Shown: positions 42,014 through 53,110 of the stretch, piece after piece
Position numbering within the stretch: position 1 is the stretch's first letter
Layout of the letters: each line of letters opens with the position of its first letter
NCBI GenBank assembly: GCA_040768125.1
Contig: JAXGNG010000001.1
Coordinates: 118,460-182,459, forward strand
Source: Spirochaetota bacterium
GTDB lineage: Bacteria; Spirochaetota; UBA4802; UBA5550
Reading direction: 5' to 3'
Length of the DNA: 64,000 nucleotides
Program-made: the position numbers and the translations under genes
Notes under the pieces: model-generated
What the model was told of the DNA's origin: nothing
The model's input: the letters and a program-made list of their open reading frames with translations, nothing else
Databases searched by the model: none

Positions 42014-42430
42014 TCATAGGGTTGTTCCCGCCGCCGTCATGGTGAGTTTGCCATGACGCACATGTTTGACCGAGAGAAGCTTGTCCGAGATTGTACGTAC
42101 GTCTTTGGCGGGCCCACGGAGAATGAGCACTTCCAGGCAGTTGTGTTCGTCAAGATGTATGTGCGTGGCAGAGATGATGGTCCGGTGGTGGTGATGCTGA
42201 ATGTCGTTCAGCTTGTCAGAAAGCTCCCTCGATTCGTGGCTGTAGACCAGGGTAAGGGTTCCGATGGTTTCTGTTCTGGGATTTTCGATTTCCTCGGTGA
42301 CGAGCCGATCACGAATAAGATCGCGAATGGCTTCAGACCTGTTGACGTATCCCTTCCGGGCGATCAGCGAATCGAAGTGCTTGAGAAGATTCTGTTCGAT
42401 TGAAACTCCAAACCTGATTATTTTATTCAT
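42014..42430 (-). CDS. nikR: nickel-responsive transcriptional regulator NikR
   Basis: Ribbon-helix-helix N-terminus (RFGVSIEQNLLKHFDSLIARKGYVNRSEAIRDLIR). C-terminal metal-binding domain with HHHH, H.H, CLEV and RHG. Start taken at MNKIIRF. Confidence 0.85.
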   Translation of the reverse strand: MNKIIRFGVSIEQNLLKHFDSLIARKGYVNRSEAIRDLIRDRLVTEEIENPRTETIGTLTLVYSHESRELSDKLNDIQHHHHRTIISATHIHLDEHNCLEVLILRGPAKDVRTISDKLLSVKHVRHGKLTMTAAGTTL

Positions 42431-42522
42431 ATCCAACCTCACGATCCGGCAACTGTATATTTCTTTGTGACAGGAACTCCCCTGGAACGATTGCAATAAA
42501 AGCGGATTGCGCAATGGTAAAA

Positions 42523-42609
42523 TATTTGAAATACCTATGGCGACGGTATTAATTCATTGACACACGGTGAAAAGACAGTGTATGTTCAGCTAGGATAATA
42601 TTTCAAATA
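42523..42609. promoter_or_regulatory. pair of 11-bp palindromes TATTTGAAATA (42523-42533) and TATTTCAAATA (42599-42609) in the nikR-purA divergent intergenic region
   Basis: Read directly. Each site is an internal palindrome (TATTT-N-AAATA). The two are mutual reverse complements and 76 bp apart. Confidence 0.3.
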
Positions 42610-42684
42610 ATTTTTACGCCTGCGAGTCATTCGGCGCGCATAAGTTGCATGCTGGAGTGGCAAATCGCAGTAATAAACTGATGA

Positions 42685-43971
<1,287 letters not shown>

Positions 43972-44070
43972 TCCATCTGAACCGCTGAGATAGAACCAGC
44001 CGATAAGACTTGCTGGCGAGGCATGCATGAGATCCGTACCTGATTTTTTATTGGTCCCGGATATTTTTTA

Positions 44071-44106
44071 TTGACAGTAATGGGCCGTTTCAGTATCAGG
44101 TATTTT
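44071..44106 (+). promoter_or_regulatory. candidate promoter region of the tRNA-Lys/tRNA-Glu operon
   Basis: TTGACA at 44071-44076 is preceded by A/T tracts (TTTTTTATTG x2). Weak -10 candidates are TATCAG at 44094-44099 and TATTTT at 44101-44106. Spacing is ambiguous. Confidence 0.3.
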
Positions 44107-44114
44107 ACCCTTTT

Positions 44115-44187
44115 GAGACGCTAGCTCAGTCGGTAGAGCAACTGCCTTTTAAGCAGTGGGTCCCGAGTTCGATTCTCGGGCGTCTCA
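44115..44187 (+). tRNA. tRNA-Lys (anticodon UUU)
   Basis: Cloverleaf folded by hand. Acceptor GAGACGC/GCGTCTC, D-stem GCTC/GAGC, anticodon stem ACTGC/GCAGT with loop CTTTTAA, T-arm CCGAG-TTCGATT-CTCGG, discriminator A. CCA is not encoded. Confidence 0.9.
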
Positions 44188-44202
44188 AAATTTTTTTTAT
44201 CT

Positions 44203-44275
<73 letters not shown>

Positions 44276-44278
44276 CAT

Positions 44279-44321
44279 AGAAGAGGGTGACCCTGACAGG
44301 GGCCACCCTCTTCTATTTAGC
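44279..44321 (+). terminator. intrinsic terminator after the tRNA pair
   Basis: AGAAGAGGGTG...CACCCTCTTCT, an 11-bp stem, followed by ATTTAG. Confidence 0.5.
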
Positions 44322-44445
44322 TGGGAAGCGATATATATCCTTGACATACAGCGGGAAAGAATAGTATTTTTAGTTGCGTGAGGGAAGACCATCAGGACCG
44401 ACAGAAAAAAGGATTTTCCCGAACTTGTAAAGTGGTTGCAGAAAC

Positions 44446-45312
44446 ATGAGAAAACTTTCACGAAATGATCCCTGCTGGTGTGGCAGCGGCAAGAAATATA
44501 AAAAGTGCCATCTCGAATCAGACAATGCAAAGGGCATAGGATTGGATGCGCATATCAAACCTCCCCCGGGCGTGGTCATTAAAACAGATGACCAGGTTGA
44601 GGGTATTCGGAAAAGCAGCAGGCTCACCAAGGAAACCCTCGATATGGTCGCCGAACGCGTGAGGCCCGGTGTGAGGACTGAACAGATTGACGAATGGGTT
44701 CATGATTTCATCGTCAGCCGTGGTGGCGTGCCTGCGCCGTTGCATTACAACGGTTTTCCGAAGAGCGTGTGTGTCTCTCTCAACAATGTTATTTGCCATG
44801 GGATTCCCGATCGCACGGTAATACGCGAGGGGGATATTCTTAACGTGGACGTCACAACGATTCTGGACGGATATTACGGTGACGCGGGCAGGATGTTTGT
44901 GATGGAAGGAGCGTCAGAAGATGCGCGGCGACTTGTGCGCGTGGCAAAGGAGTGCCTGTTCAGGGGAATCGAGAAGGTAATGCCATACAGGGATATTGGT
45001 GAGATCGGATATGCGGTGGAACGACTCGCGAACGAGCATGGATATTCTGTGGTGAGGGACTACGGGGGGCATGGAATTGGCCTGAAGTTTCATGAGGAGC
45101 CACATGTCCATCACTACGGAAGCGCCAGGAGGGGTATCATGATGCTTCCCAATATGGTCTTTACCATTGAACCGATGATAAACCAGGGAAGACATGAAAC
45201 CAGGCTTATGCCAGATGCGTGGACTGCCGTGACCGTTGACGGGAAGCTCTCGGCACAGTGGGAGCATACCGTGAGGGTGACGGAGAGCGGAGTGGAAATA
45301 CTCACCGATTGA
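44446..45312 (+). CDS. map: type I methionine aminopeptidase with an N-terminal SEC-C zinc-finger motif
   Basis: SEC-C motif DPCWCGSGKKYKKCH. MetAP metal ligands lie in DILNVDVT...DGYYGD, HGIGLKFHEEP and the EPM region. 288 aa. Confidence 0.9.
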   Translation: MRKLSRNDPCWCGSGKKYKKCHLESDNAKGIGLDAHIKPPPGVVIKTDDQVEGIRKSSRLTKETLDMVAERVRPGVRTEQIDEWVHDFIVSRGGVPAPLHYNGFPKSVCVSLNNVICHGIPDRTVIREGDILNVDVTTILDGYYGDAGRMFVMEGASEDARRLVRVAKECLFRGIEKVMPYRDIGEIGYAVERLANEHGYSVVRDYGGHGIGLKFHEEPHVHHYGSARRGIMMLPNMVFTIEPMINQGRHETRLMPDAWTAVTVDGKLSAQWEHTVRVTESGVEILTD

Positions 45313-45320
45313 GGCGGCGA

Positions 45321-45827
45321 ATGAAGGATTTTTTCATCATAGAACCTGAAAGACTGGACGAAAACGTATTCGCGCTTCTTGGATCAGACTGGATGCTTAT
45401 CACCGCGGGTGATATGGACTCATACAATACCATGACCGCCTCATGGGGAGGTATGGGTGTGCTGTGGCACCGAAATGTATGTTACATCGTGGTGCGGCCC
45501 CAACGTCACACCTTTTCCTACCTTGAAAAGAATGATTATTTTACGCTGTCGTTTTTTCACGAAAAGTACAGGGATGTGCTCAAGTTCTGCGGTGCAAGAT
45601 CGGGTCGTGACGTGAGCAAGGCGGCCGAGGCGGGCATCACGCCGATTACGACAGCCCACGGTGCGGTATTTTTTTCAGAAGCGCGTCTTGTCATCGAGTG
45701 CCGGAAAATATATTACCAGGATCTCGAGCCAAAGAATTTTATCGATCCAACAATCGAGGAGAACTATCCGCAGAAGGATTACCATCGTATGTACGTGGGT
45801 GAGATCGTAACGATGATGATACGATAA
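45321..45827 (+). CDS. flavin reductase-like (FMN-binding split-barrel) domain protein
   Basis: TAGDMDSYNTMTASWGGMGVLWHRNVCYIVVRPQRHTF resembles PF01613-type flavin reductase-like proteins. Start taken at MKDFFII. Confidence 0.5.
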   Translation: MKDFFIIEPERLDENVFALLGSDWMLITAGDMDSYNTMTASWGGMGVLWHRNVCYIVVRPQRHTFSYLEKNDYFTLSFFHEKYRDVLKFCGARSGRDVSKAAEAGITPITTAHGAVFFSEARLVIECRKIYYQDLEPKNFIDPTIEENYPQKDYHRMYVGEIVTMMIR

Positions 45828-45854
45828 TACCCCTCGCGGCCTCGCCCACTAATC

Positions 45855-47270
45855 ATGAAACACCATACTTTTGAAGACGCCCTCATATTCGAAGAGAGTA
45901 CTAATTACCGGCGAGATCTCGGCGTACTCGAGGCCGTTTCAATCGTGGTGGGACGAATAATCGGTTCCGGGATATTCAGAACTCCCGGGCCCATAATGGC
46001 CCTTGTATCATGCACTTCCCTTTTCGGTCTGGTCTGGATAATCGCCGGGGTGGTGACCGTGTTCCATGCAGTATGCTACGCGGAACTGGTTGCGATGATG
46101 CCCCGCTCCGGAGGGCCCTATGTCTATATCAAGTCTGCCTACGGACCAATATGGGCTTTCCTTCGGGGCTGGGCGATGTTTTTTGTATCGGAGACAGGGG
46201 CGATTGCGGCCGTGTCCCTGGTTTTCGCAGAGTACTTTAATGAAATCTGGAAGATATTTTTTCATGCTCCCCTGAGCCATGTCATGGAAATTGTGATCGC
46301 GCTGGCGATCATATGGATTCTTACCGCGATCAACCTCTTCGGGGCTTTTCTCAGCGGTGTGTTCCAGAATCTTTTTAGTGTAATAAAAATTATTGCCATC
46401 GGTGTCATAATCGGCGTTTCATTTACCGCACCGGGGAATGCGGCAAATTTCCTGAATCCCTTCCTTCCGGAGAGTTTCTCATGGTCATCGGTTCTCGCGG
46501 TGGGCGCTGCACTCCGGCTTGCTTTTTTTGCATTCAGCGGCTGGGAAGGCGCGACCTACATTGCCGAGGAGGTAAGAAATCCCCGGCGCAACCTGCCCCT
46601 TTCCCTTTTTCTGGGCATCGCGGGTGTCATGGTGCTCTATCTTGGAACGAATTCCGCCTATCTCTATCAACTTCCCGTGGTGAGGATATCCGAATCGCAG
46701 GGGATCGCCGCCGAGGCAATGAAGGCGGCCATCGGAGGGGCCGGGGGCATCCTCATCTCGATCGCGGTGATGCTCTCTACCTTCGGCAACGTGAGTACAC
46801 AGATACTCGTAAAAGCGCGTTCCTGGCAGGCCATGGCACGGGACGGGCTGTTTTTCAATGGGCTTGATCGCCTCCATGAACGGTATAAAACCCCGAACAG
46901 GGCCCTGGTCGCCCAGGCACTCTGGGCCTCGGCGTTACTGGCGATGCTTGCGGGCGTCTATGTCATCCTTGATATTCCTTCGGGACGATCCTACGAAACA
47001 ATTATTGCGTACTTTTCTGCGACCGGGGCGATATTCAATATTTTGACCATATACTCAATTTTTATTTTTCGGAAGCGATATCCCGATGCGCCTCGCCCTT
47101 ATCGTGCCTGGCTCTATCCGACCAGCATCGTGATAGTACTGCTGTTGCTGGTCGCCTACTTGCTCGTTACCCTGATCACGGCGTTTCTTCCATCCCTCGC
47201 GGGGCTTCTGCTCACCATGACCGGACTGATCTATTATTACAGAAAAAGGGGGAAACACTATAAATCCTGA
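45855..47270 (+). CDS. amino acid permease (APC superfamily)
   Basis: 12 predicted TM segments. N-terminal APC signature (LGVLEAVSIVVGRIIGSGIF). 471 aa. Confidence 0.8.
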   Translation: MKHHTFEDALIFEESTNYRRDLGVLEAVSIVVGRIIGSGIFRTPGPIMALVSCTSLFGLVWIIAGVVTVFHAVCYAELVAMMPRSGGPYVYIKSAYGPIWAFLRGWAMFFVSETGAIAAVSLVFAEYFNEIWKIFFHAPLSHVMEIVIALAIIWILTAINLFGAFLSGVFQNLFSVIKIIAIGVIIGVSFTAPGNAANFLNPFLPESFSWSSVLAVGAALRLAFFAFSGWEGATYIAEEVRNPRRNLPLSLFLGIAGVMVLYLGTNSAYLYQLPVVRISESQGIAAEAMKAAIGGAGGILISIAVMLSTFGNVSTQILVKARSWQAMARDGLFFNGLDRLHERYKTPNRALVAQALWASALLAMLAGVYVILDIPSGRSYETIIAYFSATGAIFNILTIYSIFIFRKRYPDAPRPYRAWLYPTSIVIVLLLLVAYLLVTLITAFLPSLAGLLLTMTGLIYYYRKRGKHYKS

Positions 47271-47311
47271 CCGCGAGGATCAATCAATTGGCGGAACAAC
47301 GGGCTGGTGAA

Positions 47312-48076
47312 TTATAAGATGAAAGGAATCAGGGCCCTGCGATTTTTTGGATAGTCGGGAAATGTCTCGCTGTACCAGCGATGGTGAGCCAGCGCACGGG
47401 GACCCAGGTTGGCGATAGTCCAGACCAGGAAAAAAACGCCCGCGGGAGACCAGGTGGCAATTGACCAGCCAGCCCAGGTGATCATCTCACCAAAATAATT
47501 GGGACATGAGATGAGCTCGTAGAGGCCACCCCTCGGTATCATGTAGCCGCTCTCCCCTGGTTTTCGCAGCGCGCTGAGCCTGTAATCGGAATATTTATTG
47601 ATGATATACCCGGTGATGAAAACAAGGGCCCCGATGATGAATCTGGGGTCTTGTAGCCATGCAGCATTATAGAATGAATCCGGGGCAAGTGAGAAGAGCC
47701 ATCTTCCCTGGATATAGGTGTTGACGAAATTAAAAAGGAGGGCGAGAAGTACGGTTATGAGAGGCGCCCTTTTGTTTACACTCAGAGAGAATGGATAAAT
47801 GAACGCACGATGGGCATAATGGCTCTGCCACATGATCAGGAGGACGAGGGTTGCCGCGGTCGCGGGCCGGCTGCTGGAAAAAAAGTAAAAGAACATCATG
47901 AGTGATGCCGGCGCCTCCTGGACAATCCAGGCGATTCGATTGTTAACAAAGGGGCCCCATCCCGCCGTGGCGTGGCGCCCGTAGGGCGCATCAATGAAAA
48001 CAAGGATAAGAAAAGTAATCACGGCCAGGGCGAGAAAGGAAAGGTAAATGATAACGTATACCTGTAATTCACTCAT
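47312..48076 (-). CDS. 3-oxo-5-alpha-steroid 4-dehydrogenase / polyprenol reductase family membrane protein
   Basis: C-terminal motifs GGLYELISCPNYFGEMITWAGW and HRWYSETFPDYPKNR are typical of the steroid 5-alpha-reductase family (PF02544). Start taken at MSELQ (48076), where the RBS AAGGGA lies 7 nt upstream. Confidence 0.7.
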   Translation of the reverse strand: MSELQVYVIIYLSFLALAVITFLILVFIDAPYGRHATAGWGPFVNNRIAWIVQEAPASLMMFFYFFSSSRPATAATLVLLIMWQSHYAHRAFIYPFSLSVNKRAPLITVLLALLFNFVNTYIQGRWLFSLAPDSFYNAAWLQDPRFIIGALVFITGYIINKYSDYRLSALRKPGESGYMIPRGGLYELISCPNYFGEMITWAGWSIATWSPAGVFFLVWTIANLGPRALAHHRWYSETFPDYPKNRRALIPFIL

Positions 48077-48234
48077 GACAATCCCTTGTGGTATAGTAGC
48101 TGTCAAAGAAGATCAATGAATAATCTTTCTGTCAAGCATTCTAAGGTTATACTTTCCGAATGGGGTTGCAAATATTGCTTGTGAGCGGACTGATTGCCAG
48201 GATTCGACAATATACAATAGGCATGTGAGGTTGC

Positions 48235-50115
48235 ATGAAAAAGTTTTTTGTTATCATTCTTTCGGGGGCATTTTTTCTTTCCTGCGCTCAGAAAGGGTAT
48301 GAAGATCTTAGAGTGGTTCCCGTTCCTGAGAGTATGACCATCTCACCCGGGAACGATTCGTTTATTGTGCTCAGAGTTGAAATTCCCCGGAATGGTCACA
48401 TATACGGCAATCCAAAGGGCCCGGGAACGGGAAAACCTACGGAGATATTCGTACAACCGGTCCCGGGAATAACGACCGGTCCACCCAGGTTCCTGGAACC
48501 GAAAAAATTCTACTTTCCCGGCGAAAAGGAACATACCTGGGGATACGAACATGAAACCAGGATTTACCTGCCCTTACATGTCGAGACCATGGCGACTCCC
48601 GGCATGCGTTCAATGGAAATTACCTTTGATTCTCTTCTCTGCGCGGATGGACGCGGGGGAGGAGGCGCCATGTGTCTTCCCGAGATTCGGCGTATGGCAT
48701 ATCCGGTAAGGATAAGCCCACGGGGAGGGAGTGTAACGCGTCATGATCCCGCGCACGTTGCTGAATTCATGGAAACAATCCAGGGAGGGGCTAATGATCA
48801 TCGCGAAGAAAATGGCAATGCAATCATCCTGGATGGTGATCGGGCGGAGGATGATATAAAGGTTCTTTCTCGCATGACATTTGCACCCCGTTATTTTGAT
48901 TCAGGCATCACGGGACTCATCCAGGCGATATTGTTCGGTATTATGGCGGGATTAATACTCAATGTTATGCCCTGTGTGCTGCCCGTGGTAAGCTTGAAAA
49001 TATTGGGATTTGTGCGCAATTCCGGTGAGAGCAGGAAGGCACTGTTCTTTCAGGGCCTTTCTTTCTCTCTCGGAATTCTTGCCAGCTTCGGTGTACTTGC
49101 CGTACTGGCGGCATATTTCGGTTATGCATGGGGGGGGCTTTTTCAGCAGGAGGTATTTATTGTGGGGATGGCAGGCCTTGTGTTTGCCTTTGCCCTTTCG
49201 CTTCTCGGGGTGTTTACCATCAACCCGCCATCCTTCGCGGGACGCTTTTCGGGCGACAAGAGCAACCGCTACACTGATGCGTTTGTCAAGGGATTGCTGG
49301 CGACACTCCTGGCCACGCCCTGCAGCGGTCCTTTCCTCGGCGGCACCCTCGCATGGGCGCTCACCCAGTCACCGGCGATAATTGCCGCGGTTTTCATGTC
49401 GATTGGCGCGGGAATGGCGCTTCCTTATCTGGTCCTCACGACCAATCCCGCGTTCATGAAGTGGGTGCCACGTCCAGGTGAGTGGACCAGGACGTTCGAG
49501 TCGATAATGGGGTTGCTTCTTGTCTTTACTACGATTTATCTACTTGGCCTTCTCGAACCGGACAGGGTAATGCCCTCGGTGACCCTTCTTGGTTTTATTG
49601 CGATGGGCCTGTGGCAATATGGCGAATACGGAGCTATTCATCGAAGCCGTTTATCACGAGTGCTATCGGTCATTATGCTCGTTGTCATAGTCTCCGCCGG
49701 ATATTGTATCTCCTTCAGATTTTTGTATGAGAAATCCCCGCAGGCTGAGATAGAAAGAAGTGATTTCAGCATACGCCGTATGGTTGCGAACAGGGATGAC
49801 GCGAAGATTTCGGTAATCAATTTTACCGCCGAGTGGTGCCCGAACTGCAAGCTGGTTGAAAGCGTGACACTTGGCAGGGATACGGTGGTGGAAGTCCTGG
49901 ACGAGGGAAACGTTGACTACATGGTTGCGGATATAACAACGAGCAATCCGGCCGCAGAACGCCTTATGGAGCTGTTCGGGAGCAGGTCCATTCCCCTCCT
50001 CGCGGTGGTGCCGCCGGGAAAAGGCTTCAAAGAGCCGATCATCCTGCGGGACATCTATTCACCCGATGAGGTGGTACGAGCCCTGGCCGAGGCAGAGAAG
50101 CATATCACGAGGTGA
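48235..50115 (+). CDS. DsbD-family thiol:disulfide interchange / cytochrome c biogenesis transmembrane protein with a lipoprotein-type signal
   Basis: Lipobox FFLSC. An N-terminal periplasmic domain. A DsbD/CcdA-type TM core (LNVMPCVLPVVSLKILGF, ATPCSGPFLGG). A C-terminal thioredoxin-like domain with WCPNC. Confidence 0.75.
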   Translation: MKKFFVIILSGAFFLSCAQKGYEDLRVVPVPESMTISPGNDSFIVLRVEIPRNGHIYGNPKGPGTGKPTEIFVQPVPGITTGPPRFLEPKKFYFPGEKEHTWGYEHETRIYLPLHVETMATPGMRSMEITFDSLLCADGRGGGGAMCLPEIRRMAYPVRISPRGGSVTRHDPAHVAEFMETIQGGANDHREENGNAIILDGDRAEDDIKVLSRMTFAPRYFDSGITGLIQAILFGIMAGLILNVMPCVLPVVSLKILGFVRNSGESRKALFFQGLSFSLGILASFGVLAVLAAYFGYAWGGLFQQEVFIVGMAGLVFAFALSLLGVFTINPPSFAGRFSGDKSNRYTDAFVKGLLATLLATPCSGPFLGGTLAWALTQSPAIIAAVFMSIGAGMALPYLVLTTNPAFMKWVPRPGEWTRTFESIMGLLLVFTTIYLLGLLEPDRVMPSVTLLGFIAMGLWQYGEYGAIHRSRLSRVLSVIMLVVIVSAGYCISFRFLYEKSPQAEIERSDFSIRRMVANRDDAKISVINFTAEWCPNCKLVESVTLGRDTVVEVLDEGNVDYMVADITTSNPAAERLMELFGSRSIPLLAVVPPGKGFKEPIILRDIYSPDEVVRALAEAEKHITR

Positions 50116-50157
50116 AATTGATACCGGGTGGCGATGTTCCGAGTAGACGCGTATGGG

Positions 50158-50724
50158 TCAGAGTCCAAGAACTGCCGACACCAGCCCTCTGGCTATCTCA
50201 AGTGTTTTTTCTTTTTCCAGAAGCTTTCTGTGGATGACGGTCGCATGCCTGAATTCGTTGCCATTTTTGTATGAAGTAATGCGTATTTCCCTGATGCCCT
50301 TTCTTTTGCAGTATCCAATCTTGCAGAATTTGCAGTTCGATATTACAATCCTGATGCCGTTTTCAGGGTTTTTTTGTTCGTAGAACCACGCTTCGATCAG
50401 GCGAATCATCTCGTCATACAGAAGCTTAACAAAGTCATCCATGTTATCATCGGAAAGATTTTTTGAATAAACAACTTCCAGCACGGATCCCTTTTTCTCC
50501 AGTTTCCGCGTAATCTCTTCTATTGCCATGCCGTAATGGGTGATGCCATCGAGGGAGGCAAGGTCGGTGGCGGTTTCCTGTGCGGAGATTTTTTCCAATG
50601 GAGTTATCGATGTCACGAGAAAGATTGCCATGAAAATAAAGAAAAAACGGGGGAAACGACCGATGCGGATGGACCGCACGAGATGAAGCGGGGAATCAAG
50701 GGTAACGGGACGCGTGTGTACCAT
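50158..50724 (-). CDS. hypothetical secreted protein with a Cys cluster (CKFCKIGYCKRKG)
   Basis: The start at MVHTRPV lies 5 nt after the purD stop. A hydrophobic signal-like segment (FFFIFMAIFLVTSI) is followed by a ~120-aa soluble domain with no recognisable motif. Confidence 0.4.
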   Translation of the reverse strand: MVHTRPVTLDSPLHLVRSIRIGRFPRFFFIFMAIFLVTSITPLEKISAQETATDLASLDGITHYGMAIEEITRKLEKKGSVLEVVYSKNLSDDNMDDFVKLLYDEMIRLIEAWFYEQKNPENGIRIVISNCKFCKIGYCKRKGIREIRITSYKNGNEFRHATVIHRKLLEKEKTLEIARGLVSAVLGL

Positions 50725-50728
50725 CGCT

Positions 50729-51970
50729 TTACAGCGCCCTGTAACCGATGTCTTTCCGGTAATATGCGCCCTTAAAGGAAATTGATCCGATGGATGAGTA
50801 GACCCGGTCCCGTGCTTCGGCAAGGGATCTTCCGAGTGCCGTGACATTCAAGACCCTTCCTCCGTTCGTGTAGTAATGGCCATCCCTGTAATCGGTCCCG
50901 GCGTGAAAAACGATGATATCATCGCTCACCCTGTCGAGGCCGGTTATCGGCTCACCCTTTTTGTAATCGCCGGGATAACCACCCGAGGAGACAACCACCG
51001 TGATGGCGTGCTGTTCCTTGAATGATACATTGATGGAGTCCAGGGTGCCGTCCAGGGAGGCGATGAAGAGGTCGCCGAGTTTTCCGTTCATGAGCGGAAT
51101 AATGACCTGGGCTTCCGGATCCCCAAAGCGAACGTTGAATTCGAGAACGCGAATGTCTTCGCCGCTGACGATGACACCCGCATACAGGATCCCCCGGAAC
51201 GGTGTTCCTTCGCTTCGCATGCCGTCGATTGTTTTCTGGAGAATGGCATCATGGACAAAGCGGAGCCGATCAGGCGTCATGACCGGAGCGGGGGCATAGG
51301 CGCCCATTCCCCCGGTGTTCGGACCCCTGTCCCCTTCAAATATGCGTTTGTGGTCCTGGGCGGCGACGAAAGGGATGATGTGCGTTCCGTCCGAAACGCA
51401 GAGAACCGAGGCCTCCTCGCCCACGATGAAGTCCTCGACGAATACGCGGGTGTCGCCGGTAACGTTGGTGTTGATAAAGCCGAGAGCCTCTTCCTTGCTT
51501 TCGGGGATACCCACACCCTTACCCGCGGCAAGTCCATCAAGCTTTATCACCAACGGGTACTTTTCCTGACGGTTGATGAACTCCACGAGTTCTTCCCTCC
51601 CCCTGAATTCACAATGAGAAACAGTGGGAACGCCGTAGCGATTCATGATTTCTTTTGCAAATAGCTTGCTTCCCTCGAGCATGGCCGCCTTCCTGGTGGG
51701 GCCGAAACACGGGATCTTTTTCTCATAAAGATAATCGACGATGCCGCCGACGAGGGGGGCCTCGGGCCCCACGAGAACCATGTCAATCCTGCGTTCCGTG
51801 CAAAAACGCGCAATCCCTGGATGATCATTAACATCGAGATGGACGCGGTGGGCGGGATTGATTCCCCCGTTGCCTGGGGCTACGAAAACCTCGTCTGCAC
51901 TTCCGTCCTGGAGAAGCCTCCAGGCGATGGCGTGCTCACGCCCTCCTGAACCGATAAGTAGATATCTCAT
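50729..51970 (-). CDS. purD: phosphoribosylamine--glycine ligase
   Basis: N-terminus MRYLLIGSGGREHAIAWRL. An ATP-grasp domain (KLDGLAAGKGV, EEFIVGEEAS). The C-terminal domain. The ORF-track start at 52057 adds a 29-aa extension and is not used. Confidence 0.9.
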   Translation of the reverse strand: MRYLLIGSGGREHAIAWRLLQDGSADEVFVAPGNGGINPAHRVHLDVNDHPGIARFCTERRIDMVLVGPEAPLVGGIVDYLYEKKIPCFGPTRKAAMLEGSKLFAKEIMNRYGVPTVSHCEFRGREELVEFINRQEKYPLVIKLDGLAAGKGVGIPESKEEALGFINTNVTGDTRVFVEDFIVGEEASVLCVSDGTHIIPFVAAQDHKRIFEGDRGPNTGGMGAYAPAPVMTPDRLRFVHDAILQKTIDGMRSEGTPFRGILYAGVIVSGEDIRVLEFNVRFGDPEAQVIIPLMNGKLGDLFIASLDGTLDSINVSFKEQHAITVVVSSGGYPGDYKKGEPITGLDRVSDDIIVFHAGTDYRDGHYYTNGGRVLNVTALGRSLAEARDRVYSSIGSISFKGAYYRKDIGYRAL

Positions 51971-52269
51971 GGTACCTCGCGACGTATGTATATCCTGCGG
52001 GTAAATTTTAGTATCCCGACCGGGTAAAAACCTAGGACCCATTACCGGTATTGTCAACGAATAATATCATCATACCAGGGGAGCATGTAAATAAATTTGG
52101 GTTGACTCTTTTCTTGGCAATGGGGAAATTGAAGAGCTGCTGAAGTGATCATGAATTGAAAAAATATCGTATCCTTCATCCCAAACCATGTGTCGTATCC
52201 AGTGACATCCCGGTATGGACTACATGCGGGAATTGGGGAATAACGGAATTGAATGCTGGAGGTACATGT

Positions 52270-53100
52270 ATGACACGCACGCCAGGAGCCTTTTACGGAG
52301 CCATCGTCATCGCGGCTGCCCTTTTCATGGGGGGAAGCGGCACCCTCCTCTATTCAAAAGAAAAACCCGCACAGGGGGCACCAGCAATTGAAGAACAGGA
52401 AGCAGAGCAACCAGGGATAACCGCCCCTTCGGAAGGAGCCATGGCCGATACAAAGCCGGGTGTTCAGGAAACACCGGAAGGGGAGAATGGACCTGGCCTG
52501 TTTGAGACCGTGAAGGAGGGTGGGGTGATCATGATACCGATCATCCTTCTGGGGTTCATTTCCCTCACCATTATTATTGAACGATTGATATTTTATTCGA
52601 AACATGGCGTGTGGAACAGAGAAACGCTCATTTCCCACCTGATGGCTCTCGCGAGACGGTACGACGCGTTATATCGGGAGGACATGGAAGACCATCTGCG
52701 CGGCGAGTTCCAGATTTACGTAAACGGTCTTGAAAGGGGGCTGGGTCTTCTCGCGGGAATCGGGAACCTCGCCCCGATTATTGGGTTCCTGGGCACCGTT
52801 GTAGGACTTATTAAGGCCTTCGCGTCGATTGTCGCGGCAACAACCGTAACCGCGAAGGTTGTCGCCGCGGGCATACAGGTGGCGCTTGTCACGACCGCGG
52901 GTGGTCTCACCGTCGCCGCACCGACACTGGTGTTTTACTATTTATTCACCACGATTGTGCAGAACAGGTTCTCGGCTGCTGATGAGGCGATAAGCAACAT
53001 GTGCGCGCATCTGCCACGCATGACCGACAGCATGGAACAGGAGAAGGGATCCGGCGGCGGGGGAAGGAATCCCGTGAAAAAGACAGGCCGTTCACGCTAG
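52270..53100 (+). CDS. exbB: MotA/TolQ/ExbB-family proton channel with a low-complexity N-terminal extension
   Basis: Core GGVIMIPIILLGFISLTIIIERL...LLAGIGNLAPIIGFLGTVVGLIKAF. A Pro/Glu/Ala-rich linker precedes the core. Start taken at MTRTPGAF. Confidence 0.8.
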   Translation: MTRTPGAFYGAIVIAAALFMGGSGTLLYSKEKPAQGAPAIEEQEAEQPGITAPSEGAMADTKPGVQETPEGENGPGLFETVKEGGVIMIPIILLGFISLTIIIERLIFYSKHGVWNRETLISHLMALARRYDALYREDMEDHLRGEFQIYVNGLERGLGLLAGIGNLAPIIGFLGTVVGLIKAFASIVAATTVTAKVVAAGIQVALVTTAGGLTVAAPTLVFYYLFTTIVQNRFSAADEAISNMCAHLPRMTDSMEQEKGSGGGGRNPVKKTGRSR

Positions 53101-53110
53101 ACGGGCGCTC

